NCBI GenBank assembly: GCA_045531135.1
Contig: JAZSDL010000018.1
Location: 15,598 to 79,597 of the forward strand
Direction of reading: 5' to 3'
DNA: 64,000 bases
Source of the DNA: Eubacteriales bacterium
Lineage (GTDB): Bacteria > Bacillota > Clostridia > Oscillospirales > CAG-382
Every line of letters starts with the position of its first letter. The first letter of the stretch is position 1. Shown here in pieces: positions 15,247-23,907 of this stretch. The notes below the pieces were generated by a model. It ran no database searches and had not been told where the DNA came from. It was given only the letters and a program-made list of their open reading frames with translations. A program made the position numbers and the translations under genes.

Positions 15247-16806
15247 ATGAAACAAAAAAACAAACCCTTTACAGAGGAATGGGAGCTCTACGAAAAGGGC
15301 AAGGAGTACAATTACTCTATCAATCTTTATGAAACCGTGAACACAAACGAGCGTTTTTTCAGAGGCGATCAATGGGATAACCTCAATTCAGGTGGTCTTC
15401 CCACACCTGTGTTCAATATCTTTAAGCGCATTATCGGATATTTTACAAGCAGTATTATGCAGACACCGATACGTATGCGCTATTCTCTGACATCCCCAAG
15501 CGGCGGGATCCGATCGGGCGAGGACGGGGCGGGCAACGCCTCTGAAAAGCTCAACGCTATCGTTGATATGCGTTGGGAGAAAAACAAAATGAACGACCTG
15601 CTTGCCTCATCGCTGACCGATGCCGCCGTTTCGGGCGATGCTGTCTGCTACACCTATTGGGATCCCGATATTAAAACGGGACAGGCGTTTACGGGTGATT
15701 TCAAAACCGTGCTTGTCGATAACACCAATGTGTTTTTCGGTGATCCCAATTCGAAAAATGTCCAGAATCAACCCTATATTCTTATCGCCCAACGCGAGAC
15801 CGTATTGTCGCTTATTGCCGAAGCGAAGAAAAACGGTATGAGCGAGGATGCGATAAAGCTTATCACTCCCGATGACGATTATACAACGCAATCGGGCGAT
15901 ATGGCAAAGCACGAGCTCGAGGGCACAAAGTGTATATCGCTTATTAAGCTCTGGAAGGACGAAAAAGGACGCGTGCTGTTTCGCAAGTCGGTAAAAAACA
16001 CGGTCATCAAGGACACAGCCGAAACGATGCTTACTCACTATCCCATTGCATTTTACAATTGGACGTCGGTAAAAAACAGCTGGCACGGAGCTGCGGTGGG
16101 AACCGGACTTATCGATAACCAGATATTCATCAACAAGGGCTTTGCGATGGTTATGAAGCATATGATGGATACGGCGTTTTCCAAGGTCGTGTACGATTCC
16201 ACTCAGCTCGATTCCTGGTCGGACAGAGTCGGCGAGGCAATAGCCGTTAACGGTCCTGTCGAAAACGTCGCAAAGGTGATATCACCCGGCGTGCTGCAAT
16301 CGGGTATGCTTGATGTGCTCCAAATGGCAATTGCCAACACCAAGGAGTTTATGGGTGCCACCGATGCCGCACTCGGCGATGTCGCTCCCAACAACACAAG
16401 CGCGATACTCGCTTTGCAAAACGCTTCTGCCGTACCGCTTGAGAACGTCAAGCGAAATCTCTATCAGTTCGTAGAGGATATCGGACTTATCTGGCTCGAT
16501 TTTATGTTCGCTTATTATGACGATAAGCGTCTGGTTGCCATCCTTAACGACGGAAAAGAGGAGTATAAGCGTTTTTCGCTTTCGCAATTCAAGGACGGTC
16601 TTTTTAATTGCCGTGTGGATGTCGGAGCAAGCAGCTATTGGAGCGAGATAGGCGCATTGAACACCCTCGATTCGCTTTTAAAGCTCGGCAAGATAAGCGT
16701 TGTTCAGTATCTCGAGCGCATCCCCGACGGGCTCATCCCCGATAAAGAAAGGTTGATCAAGGAAATACGCGCATCGGAAGACGCGCAGAAAGGAGAACAA
16801 ATCTAA
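15247..16806 (+). CDS. phage portal protein
   Basis: 519 aa, positioned immediately after TerL. Size and gene order fit a portal, but the family was not verified. Confidence 0.75.
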   Translation: MKQKNKPFTEEWELYEKGKEYNYSINLYETVNTNERFFRGDQWDNLNSGGLPTPVFNIFKRIIGYFTSSIMQTPIRMRYSLTSPSGGIRSGEDGAGNASEKLNAIVDMRWEKNKMNDLLASSLTDAAVSGDAVCYTYWDPDIKTGQAFTGDFKTVLVDNTNVFFGDPNSKNVQNQPYILIAQRETVLSLIAEAKKNGMSEDAIKLITPDDDYTTQSGDMAKHELEGTKCISLIKLWKDEKGRVLFRKSVKNTVIKDTAETMLTHYPIAFYNWTSVKNSWHGAAVGTGLIDNQIFINKGFAMVMKHMMDTAFSKVVYDSTQLDSWSDRVGEAIAVNGPVENVAKVISPGVLQSGMLDVLQMAIANTKEFMGATDAALGDVAPNNTSAILALQNASAVPLENVKRNLYQFVEDIGLIWLDFMFAYYDDKRLVAILNDGKEEYKRFSLSQFKDGLFNCRVDVGASSYWSEIGALNTLDSLLKLGKISVVQYLERIPDGLIPDKERLIKEIRASEDAQKGEQI

Positions 16807-17351
16807 TGAAACGAATCAATAACGAGATGATCCTCGATACCATCTACGATCTTGCAGACAATTGCGGTCTGAGAATCGATGAGTTTTTGTCGCGTGTCGA
16901 GGAGGAATTCGGCGATCAGCCGATAAACACCGAGTCGCTTCCCGAGGACGTTGTAAACGAGCTTAACGCCGCGAGAGCGAGCAAAAAGCAGCAACGCAAG
17001 GATGCTCGCTTGCAGAAGGACCGCGAGGAGATCAATGAGCAGATAAAGCGCTTCCGCGAGATCTTTCCCGATGTGTCCGCCGACACAATTCCCGAATCGG
17101 TCTGGGAGGACGTGCGTAATGGTACCACTCTTGCACATGCATATTCTCTCTATCTTATCGAAAGCGATGCCGAAAACCGCTATGCCTCCGAAATAAACGA
17201 GCGCAACGGCAACGCCGTCGCCAAGGTAAGCGGCGAAGCCGCGGCAGAGCCCGCCTTTACAAAGGAGCAGGTCGAGCGTATGTCGGGCAAGGAAGTCAAG
17301 CATAACTACAAAAATATCTTAAACGCCATGAAAAATTGGAAGTACAACTAA
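16806..17351 (+). CDS. phage scaffolding protein (putative)
   Basis: 181 aa, highly charged and predicted helical, lying between portal and capsid genes. Its start shares 1 nt with the portal stop (TAATG). Confidence 0.6.
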   Translation: MKRINNEMILDTIYDLADNCGLRIDEFLSRVEEEFGDQPINTESLPEDVVNELNAARASKKQQRKDARLQKDREEINEQIKRFREIFPDVSADTIPESVWEDVRNGTTLAHAYSLYLIESDAENRYASEINERNGNAVAKVSGEAAAEPAFTKEQVERMSGKEVKHNYKNILNAMKNWKYN

Positions 17352-17369
17352 AGAAAGGAAATAACGAAA

Positions 17370-18194
17370 ATGGCAAATTACAACAGTATCGAAAAAATCA
17401 TTTCCGCAGAGATATTGCGCACAAACGAGGATAACCTTCTTGCAAATACCGTCTGCAACACCTCGTTCTCGGGTGATATCAAGGATAGAGGTGACAGTGT
17501 GACCTTTATCGGTCTTAACGATCCCACCGTGTACGATTACGAGGGAAGCATCACCTACGAGGATATCGACGATTCCTCGCTCACACTGCTTATCGATCAG
17601 GATAAAGCATTCTCATTTAAGATCAAGGACATCGAGGCGCTTCGCTCCTCTATCGGGCTCGAGGATAGCCAGACCAAGCGTGCAAGCTATCTACTCAAGA
17701 ATGAGGTCGATGCATACGTGTTCTCGCTCTATGACGAGGCGGGAAGTATGATGACCGCGGTTGAAGCAACCCCCGAGAACGTTCTTCAGACCGTCGCCTC
17801 CATGAAGCAGAAGCTCGAGGAGGCAAATGTACCCGACGGCAGAACCTGGATCGTCGTTCCGCCCTTTATCAAGACCAAGCTTATGCTTGCGGGCATCAAG
17901 TTCCAGATCAACAACGGCGTTAACGGTACCGGTGCGGTCGCATTTACCGATGAGCTTGGCTGTGATATCTACGTATCCAATCAGCTTGCGACCGAGGGAG
18001 GCAACACTATGATGCTTGCCGGCTCCTATTCGGCAATCGCCTATGCCGAGCAGGTGCTAGAAACTCAGGTGCTCGACCGTCTTGAAAATTCGTTCGATAA
18101 GGCGGTAAGAGGCCGTCTTGTATTCGGCGCCAAGGTAATCAAGCCCGCCGAGCTTGTGTGCTGTCCCGTTTCCGACGGCGCAAATGCAATATAA
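17370..18194 (+). CDS. major capsid protein, P22-coat-like / N4-gp56-like family (putative)
   Basis: 274 aa. The N-terminal pattern IISAEILRTNEDNLLANTV...GDSVTF resembles P22-coat-type proteins (from memory). Position after the scaffold gene supports the call. Confidence 0.7.
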   Translation: MANYNSIEKIISAEILRTNEDNLLANTVCNTSFSGDIKDRGDSVTFIGLNDPTVYDYEGSITYEDIDDSSLTLLIDQDKAFSFKIKDIEALRSSIGLEDSQTKRASYLLKNEVDAYVFSLYDEAGSMMTAVEATPENVLQTVASMKQKLEEANVPDGRTWIVVPPFIKTKLMLAGIKFQINNGVNGTGAVAFTDELGCDIYVSNQLATEGGNTMMLAGSYSAIAYAEQVLETQVLDRLENSFDKAVRGRLVFGAKVIKPAELVCCPVSDGANAI

Positions 18195-18216
18195 AAGAAA
18201 AGGAGAAATATAAAAT

Positions 18217-18603
18217 ATGGCAGAACAGTTGATTAACAATTATACCTCAAAAGGTCTTTTTAATGCGGTCAAGGTGGCACAGGCGCCGATCAAATCCAAC
18301 GAGTCGAGCGCGCAGTTCTATACCGACCTTACCGATTGCAAGGACAGCGTGACTATGGTCGTTTTCATCCCTGCAATAATGGGCGGTAATTTCCACCTCA
18401 CCTTTAAGTCCTCGGAGGGCGGTAAGGATAAAGTGGTGAAGCTCTTTTCCGAAGAAACCAACGTTGTGCGCTTTACAACCAAGGGTATCAAGGACGAAAA
18501 CGGCTTCGGTCACTTTGAGATCAGCGTTGACAACGGTATGAGCATTACCGAAAGCAACATAAGCGTTCTTTGCATCAAAAGCATCGACGTTGTAAATAAC
18601 TGA
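18217..18603 (+). CDS. hypothetical virion protein (decoration/head-associated?)
   Basis: 128-aa beta-rich ORF directly after the capsid gene with a good RBS (AGGAGA). Confidence 0.6.
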   Translation: MAEQLINNYTSKGLFNAVKVAQAPIKSNESSAQFYTDLTDCKDSVTMVVFIPAIMGGNFHLTFKSSEGGKDKVVKLFSEETNVVRFTTKGIKDENGFGHFEISVDNGMSITESNISVLCIKSIDVVNN

Positions 18604-18620
18604 TCAAAACAGTTCACTCG

Positions 18621-18641
18621 GGGCGGACATCACGTCCGCCC
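18621..18641 (+). terminator. GC-rich hairpin after the capsid module (possible partial terminator/attenuator)
   Basis: GGGCGGAC-ATCAC-GTCCGCCC followed by TGTATTT. Confidence 0.4.
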
Positions 18642-18664
18642 TGTATTTAATAAGGAGGTATGAA

Positions 18665-19045
18665 ATGAAAGCAATAAAGCTTTTTACTACGGCGCTCGAC
18701 CTGATCGGCATATATAACGACGGCGAAAAGCTTCCTGCCGACACCGAGGATCTAAAGCAACGCTCGGTATCTCTGATAAATCTTTTGCTTGCCGAAAACG
18801 CCGTGCTTGATGGCAGCTTGCGCAAAACCGATGCCGAGATAAAATACATCCAACAGCTCGAGGACGAGATTTTGTGCTCGGATATCATAGTCAATTCGGT
18901 CCTTCCGTATGGGCTTGCGCGTCTGCTTGTGCTCGGCGAGGACGATGCGATTTCCAACGAGCTTTACCGAATGTATGTTACCTCGCAGGAAAACGCAAAG
19001 CGCTTTGTAAAGGCGATCACGCATCCTATCGAGGAGGTGTATTGA
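18665..19045 (+). CDS. head-tail adaptor/connector-like protein (putative)
   Basis: 126-aa helical ORF in the position typical of head-completion proteins. Its stop overlaps the next ATG. Confidence 0.5.
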   Translation: MKAIKLFTTALDLIGIYNDGEKLPADTEDLKQRSVSLINLLLAENAVLDGSLRKTDAEIKYIQQLEDEILCSDIIVNSVLPYGLARLLVLGEDDAISNELYRMYVTSQENAKRFVKAITHPIEEVY

Positions 19046-20760
19046 TGAAGATAACCTCCAACAAGGGCTTTGCAGGGATAGATGAAAGGATAGGACTTCA
19101 GAACACGGTCTCTGCGGCAGCGGTGTCGGATAATTTCTTTATTACGTCCGACGGCTCGCTTGCAAAGCGCCCTGGCGAAAAGGTCGTGCATCAGTTTGCG
19201 GGCGATATCAGCGGAATATGGAACGGCGATATTTCGGGCGAAACAATGCTTGTTGTGGCAAGCGCGGGCGAGCTCTACCGACTTCATCCGTCGGAAACGG
19301 GTGAGATACCTCAGCACATCGGCAGTATCGGCGGCGGACGGTGTATTATGTTCGAGTTCAACGGTCGTCTTTATATAAAAACGCCGGTAAGCTACCATAA
19401 GTACGATGGCGAAGCTCTTGAACTCGTCGAGGGATATATTCCCACCGTAGCAATAAACTGCAGCTGCGACGGTGGCGGCGAGCTGTACGAGCAGATCAAC
19501 CTTATAAGCGATTATCGCAGGGTACTTATTTCGCCCGATGGCGAAAAAACGCTCTATAAGCTGATTGAAAACGGCATCGAAAGCATCTATTCGGTCCTTT
19601 TAAACGGAAAGGATATGAGCAGCGGCTACCATTTTGATGCCGAAAAAAGCGAGATAAGCTTCATCAATCCGCCTGCCGAGGGTATCAATACACTCGAGAT
19701 AGTATATCGAAAGCCAACGTCTGACAGCGATAAGGAACGGATAATGAAATGCACCCGAATAATGCTTTTCGGCGGCAATTCCGATGGCAGAGCGTTCTTT
19801 TGGGGCAATCCCGATCTGCCCAACTACCGTTTTCACAGCGATCTTGCAAACGGTGTTCCGAGCGTAGAGTATTTTCCTGTCAACGCATATACCGTTATAG
19901 GCAGAAGCGCGATAAACTGTATAGTTCAGCAATACGACCGTCAGCTTATATTTACAAAGGACGAGGCGTTTTATTCCTACAGCGAGCTACGCACCGATTC
20001 GCTCGGAAACAGCTATTCGAGCTTTCCCGTGTTCGGTCTCAACGGCAGCAAGGGATGCCTTTTTGAAAGCGACGGCTGTGTTGTCGATAACCGCCCCGTA
20101 ACGCTTTGCGGCGACGGAATAAATCTTTGGGAATCAACCTCGGTTTTAAACGAGAAGAATGCGGTATGCATTTCGGGTCCGATACAAAAATCGCTTTCAA
20201 ACGAAATGAGCAACGGGCTCATCTCACCAAAGATATTCGATTTTCAGGCAAACCGCGAGCTGTTTTTTGTAAACGGTACAAACGCATATATCTATAATTA
20301 CGGCAACGGAAATTGGTACAGATATACCGATTTCCCGTGTGAGTGCTATGCAATAAACGGCGAAAAGCTGTTTCTCGCACAAAACAGTACTCTCTATGTT
20401 TTAAGTAATTCCAACGAGCCCATGCCGCTTCAGACTTGTGTATGGAAAAGCGTGCCGATAAGCTGCGGCAATGCCGACGGTATGTGCGATATTACCTCGT
20501 TTTGTGCCGATGTGTATGCAAAGGGCGAGGTTACGTTAAAGATCGCATTTGAAAGCGAAAACCGTAAAAGGACCGAAAGGTTTTTGAAATTCCCAAAGGA
20601 TTTCGATAGCAGCTGCCGTGTTGCTTTCCGCCCCGCCGTAAAAAGAACCATGCCGTTCTCGCTCGAGATATCGGTATACGGCTCGGGTATATGTAATCTG
20701 AACGGAGCGTGCATAGAAGCAAGGAAAAAAGAAAGGAGCAGAAGATTTGGCATTTTATGA
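19045..20760 (+). CDS. large virion protein (tail/nozzle or receptor-binding candidate)
   Basis: 571 aa from ATG 19045 (GAGGAGG 7 nt upstream). The ORF-track N-terminal extension from 18874 overlaps the adaptor gene and is rejected. Beta-rich with 18 Cys. Confidence 0.6.
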   Translation: MKITSNKGFAGIDERIGLQNTVSAAAVSDNFFITSDGSLAKRPGEKVVHQFAGDISGIWNGDISGETMLVVASAGELYRLHPSETGEIPQHIGSIGGGRCIMFEFNGRLYIKTPVSYHKYDGEALELVEGYIPTVAINCSCDGGGELYEQINLISDYRRVLISPDGEKTLYKLIENGIESIYSVLLNGKDMSSGYHFDAEKSEISFINPPAEGINTLEIVYRKPTSDSDKERIMKCTRIMLFGGNSDGRAFFWGNPDLPNYRFHSDLANGVPSVEYFPVNAYTVIGRSAINCIVQQYDRQLIFTKDEAFYSYSELRTDSLGNSYSSFPVFGLNGSKGCLFESDGCVVDNRPVTLCGDGINLWESTSVLNEKNAVCISGPIQKSLSNEMSNGLISPKIFDFQANRELFFVNGTNAYIYNYGNGNWYRYTDFPCECYAINGEKLFLAQNSTLYVLSNSNEPMPLQTCVWKSVPISCGNADGMCDITSFCADVYAKGEVTLKIAFESENRKRTERFLKFPKDFDSSCRVAFRPAVKRTMPFSLEISVYGSGICNLNGACIEARKKERSRRFGIL

Positions 20761-22051
20761 TACGGTCGAGAGCATAAAACAAGCACTCGACGGATATTCC
20801 GAGGAGGAATCACGTCTTAAGGCGGTCTACGAAAAAGCCGCCGAAGACAATCAAAAATATTTGGATCAGGCAAAGGAATCGCTGGAAAATAATTACCGCC
20901 ACGAACGTAATACCGTCTATTCGGACAATGCCCGCGACGAGAGGAACGTTATGGCATTTCTTGCCGAGCGCGGACTCGGCTTTTCGGGCGAGGCGGCGCA
21001 GGCAAAGCTTAATTCAAGCGTTGTACTTAACAATCGGTTTGCAGATCTTGCATCGCAAAAATCATCAAAGGAGCTCGAGCTCGAAAATAATTACGCCGAT
21101 AAAAATCATACGCTTTCGCTCGATTATCTCGATAAGCTTTCGGCTTTGAACAGCGATAAAAACAATCTGTCGCTTGATCTTGCCGGGCTTGAGCAAAAAA
21201 ATGAGCAGAGCGAGGCAGACAGAGCATGGGAAAGAGAAAAGCTCGAGTCCCTGCAGAAAGCCGAAGCCGAGGCGCTGGCGCAGAAAAACGCTCAATACGA
21301 GGCGGACAGAGCATGGGAAAGAGAGAAGCTCGAATCCCGGCAGAAAGCCGAAGCCGAGGCACTTGATAAAAAGCTAAAGGCAGAGAAAGATATGCTTGAT
21401 GCCGAGCTTTATGCAAAATATTACCGTGAAACGCAAAACAATGCGGGCTCGGGCTCGGGTAACAGCGGCTCGGGCGGAGCAGAGGGAACTCTCGAGGATT
21501 TTATGAACGGATATCTGCCCGATATCAAGCCGAAGGAGCTTGCAAAGCTTATGGTAAATAACGCCACCGACGGCAATTTTATCGAGGACGAAAGGGACGA
21601 ATATCTTATCAATAAGTATCTTGTCGATATGATCGATTCCTACCGTATAGATAACGATTACCTCACCGAGCTCGTGTTTATGCTTAAAGCATACGGATAC
21701 AAGGAGACAAATCTTGCAAATATGCGAAAAAGCGTAATATCTTACGATGCAAAGGAATATTATGACCAAAGATACCGAAGCTACTTCGAGCGCTATCTGC
21801 AGTCGGGCATCGACGAGGCAAACGCGAGCGCAAACGCAAGAGTTGCCGCAAAATTCGATCGGTTTGAGTATATTCGACAAAAGATCGGCTCGTACAGCGA
21901 GTTTTACGAGATATGCGTTAAAAACGGTATTCCCGAAAGCGATATAAATGCATACGCCGCAAGATATGTCTGGGGCAGCTCGAGCACGCCTCAGGGCTTG
22001 GGCGGTGTCGCAAATTCAAGCGCGGGCACAAAGGTCAATATGCTTTATTAG
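20747..22051 (+). CDS. coiled-coil virion protein with internal 29-aa tandem duplication
   Basis: 434 aa with a TTG start 7 nt after AAAGGAG. EADRAWEREKLESxQKAEAEAL occurs twice. Gly/Ser linker GSGSGNSGSGG. Confidence 0.6.
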   Translation: MAFYDTVESIKQALDGYSEEESRLKAVYEKAAEDNQKYLDQAKESLENNYRHERNTVYSDNARDERNVMAFLAERGLGFSGEAAQAKLNSSVVLNNRFADLASQKSSKELELENNYADKNHTLSLDYLDKLSALNSDKNNLSLDLAGLEQKNEQSEADRAWEREKLESLQKAEAEALAQKNAQYEADRAWEREKLESRQKAEAEALDKKLKAEKDMLDAELYAKYYRETQNNAGSGSGNSGSGGAEGTLEDFMNGYLPDIKPKELAKLMVNNATDGNFIEDERDEYLINKYLVDMIDSYRIDNDYLTELVFMLKAYGYKETNLANMRKSVISYDAKEYYDQRYRSYFERYLQSGIDEANASANARVAAKFDRFEYIRQKIGSYSEFYEICVKNGIPESDINAYAARYVWGSSSTPQGLGGVANSSAGTKVNMLY

Positions 22052-22063
22052 GAGGCGAATATT

Positions 22064-22375
22064 ATGGATTTTACAAGCTATATCGAGCCGGAGCTGTATA
22101 TAACGGTACCCGTGCTTTATATTCTCGGTATCATGCTCAAAAAAAGTGTTATCAATGACAAATGGATACCTATTATACTCGGCGGTATGGGCATAGCGCT
22201 TGTCAGCGCGTACAAGTTAACTGCGTATCTCCCAACGGATATCGGAGGGATTTTTTCACTTGCCTTCGCCGGTGTAACACAGGGCATACTATGCGCGAGT
22301 GCAAGCGTTTACGCAAATAATCTGTTAAAGCAGATGGGTGCAAAGGATGAAGACACAGATAAAAAAGATACTTAA
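22064..22375 (+). CDS. holin-like small membrane protein
   Basis: 103 aa with three hydrophobic segments and a charged C-terminal tail (KDEDTDKKDT). Confidence 0.55.
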   Translation: MDFTSYIEPELYITVPVLYILGIMLKKSVINDKWIPIILGGMGIALVSAYKLTAYLPTDIGGIFSLAFAGVTQGILCASASVYANNLLKQMGAKDEDTDKKDT

Positions 22376-22426
22376 CGGTATCGTCTCGCTGTTTGCCGAT
22401 TATCTTTTTGATATCTTTTATCTTTC

Positions 22427-22756
22427 GTGAGTATTTTGGCTTTTTTAGAGGAAGTATTGCCGATAATTCTGTCCTCGTGCGGATTAACGGGCGGAATCTT
22501 CTCGGCGGTAATCTTCTTCGCAATAAAACGCGCAAAGCTTGATGCCGAGATCAAACGAAAGGAACGTCTTAAATTAGAGATAATGCGTCTCGAGGGCGAG
22601 GAAAAAATGTCGAAATTGATGTTTGCATTAATAAGATACACCCGTACCTACGAAAACGAGTCCGAGCTCGACGAGGCGGAAAGGGCATACACCGAGTATC
22701 TGCTTAATTGCTCAAAGCTGAAAAACGAGATAATAAGTAATCATACGTCGGGATAA
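22427..22756 (+). CDS. small membrane protein with cytoplasmic coiled coil (lysis accessory?)
   Basis: 109 aa with a GTG start and an N-terminal TM segment followed by a charged helix. It is the last gene of the cluster. Confidence 0.5.
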   Translation: MSILAFLEEVLPIILSSCGLTGGIFSAVIFFAIKRAKLDAEIKRKERLKLEIMRLEGEEKMSKLMFALIRYTRTYENESELDEAERAYTEYLLNCSKLKNEIISNHTSG

Positions 22757-22757
22757 C

Positions 22758-22799
22758 AAAAAAACGCAGTGCAGGGACTTGCTCCCTCACTGCGTTTTT
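22758..22799. terminator. bidirectional terminator between the phage-like cluster and hemW
   Basis: AAAAACGCAGTG...CACTGCGTTTTT with A/T runs on both sides. Confidence 0.7.
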
Positions 22800-22803
22800 A
22801 TAT

Positions 22804-23907
22804 TTAGACCAATAGCTCGGATATAATAGAATTGGAAACACGAAACCCCTTTCGGTTAAGCACCAATCTGCCGTTTTCAAAATCTCCGTAGCCGTAATCG
22901 GCGAGCCGCTTTGCCTTTTCGTGTGATTGCTTGGGCAGATCGGCTCCGTACCTCGTGCGCAGTCCGAGCATAATTCGCTCCTCAAACGCCTCATTCCCGC
23001 CGATCTCCGATGCATCCTCATAATCTGTCGGAGCAAAAGCGGAAACATAGCTTTTCTCGATAAAATATCTTATGTCGCATTTTGCCGAGAACCGTCGGTT
23101 GTTATAAAAGGAGTGCGCTCCCGCGCCGAATCCGAAATATTCGTTTCTGGCCCAGTAATTAAGGTTGTGTCGGGATTCAAACCCCGATCTTGCATAGGAG
23201 GATATCTCGTAATGACAAAAACCGTGTGCATCCATAGCATCGCAAAGCGCCTCGTATTGTGCCTCCTCAAGCGCTTCGTCGGGAAGCTTGAGATCGCAAC
23301 GTCGGTTGAATATCGGCGTGCCCTCCTCGATCTGTAACGAATAACACGAAATATGATCGACGTCGGTTGACATAATCATTTGTATTGATTCCTTAAGATC
23401 CTCAACACTCTGGTCGGGAAGTGCAAACATTATATCAGCGCTTATGTTTTCAAAGCCGACATATCGCGCATCGGAAATACATTGCTTTGCATCAGCAAAG
23501 CTGTGTATTCTGCCGATAGATGCCAATATTCTGTCACTTGCCGATTGAACTCCGACAGACAAACGGTTAAATCCCGCTTCGTTAAGCTTTTTCAGATCGT
23601 CTCTGCAAACCGTTTTCGGATTGACCTCAATAGTTATTTCGCAATTGCCGTCAATACGGTATCGGTGTTTTATTTCGGACAGCAGTTTACATAATCTGTC
23701 TGTACCGAATACCGACGGAGTGCCTCCGCCGAAATAAACGGTATCGATACATCTGTCTGTCTTAAAAGCGGATATTTGGCGTATAAGCGCATCAAAATAT
23801 TCCTGCTTTAAATCCTCGTTGCGGCTTGCAAGCGAGTAAAAAGCGCAATAATCGCACTTTTTCACACAAAACGGAATATGGATATATAACGATAGCTTAT
23901 TCGTCAT
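22804..23907 (-). CDS. hemW: radical SAM heme chaperone HemW (HemN-like, oxygen-independent coproporphyrinogen oxidase family)
   Basis: Starts [23 protein letters not shown] (CxxxCxxC). ATG at 23907 overlaps the lepA end by 11 nt. The longer ORF-track start is rejected. Confidence 0.9.
   Translation of the reverse strand: MTNKLSLYIHIPFCVKKCDYCAFYSLASRNEDLKQEYFDALIRQISAFKTDRCIDTVYFGGGTPSVFGTDRLCKLLSEIKHRYRIDGNCEITIEVNPKTVCRDDLKKLNEAGFNRLSVGVQSASDRILASIGRIHSFADAKQCISDARYVGFENISADIMFALPDQSVEDLKESIQMIMSTDVDHISCYSLQIEEGTPIFNRRCDLKLPDEALEEAQYEALCDAMDAHGFCHYEISSYARSGFESRHNLNYWARNEYFGFGAGAHSFYNNRRFSAKCDIRYFIEKSYVSAFAPTDYEDASEIGGNEAFEERIMLGLRTRYGADLPKQSHEKAKRLADYGYGDFENGRLVLNRKGFRVSNSIISELLV

Noticed and set aside
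17370-18194. 274-aa HK97-fold-sized protein as an encapsulin shell
   Set aside because: It is flanked by terminase, portal and scaffold genes. The N-terminal pattern resembles P22-coat-type capsid proteins rather than the encapsulin consensus, and no cargo-type gene is adjacent.
18874-19044. N-terminal 57-aa extension of the 571-aa ORF given in the ORF track
   Set aside because: It overlaps the adaptor-like gene in another frame. A strong RBS (GAGGAGG) precedes ATG 19045, which is coupled to the upstream stop.
13381-22800. Interpretation as an intact, inducible prophage
   Set aside because: There is no integrase, repressor, replication, tail-tube/TMP or endolysin gene and no att-like flanking repeats. 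At 9.4 kb it is far below the size of a viable dsDNA tailed phage genome.
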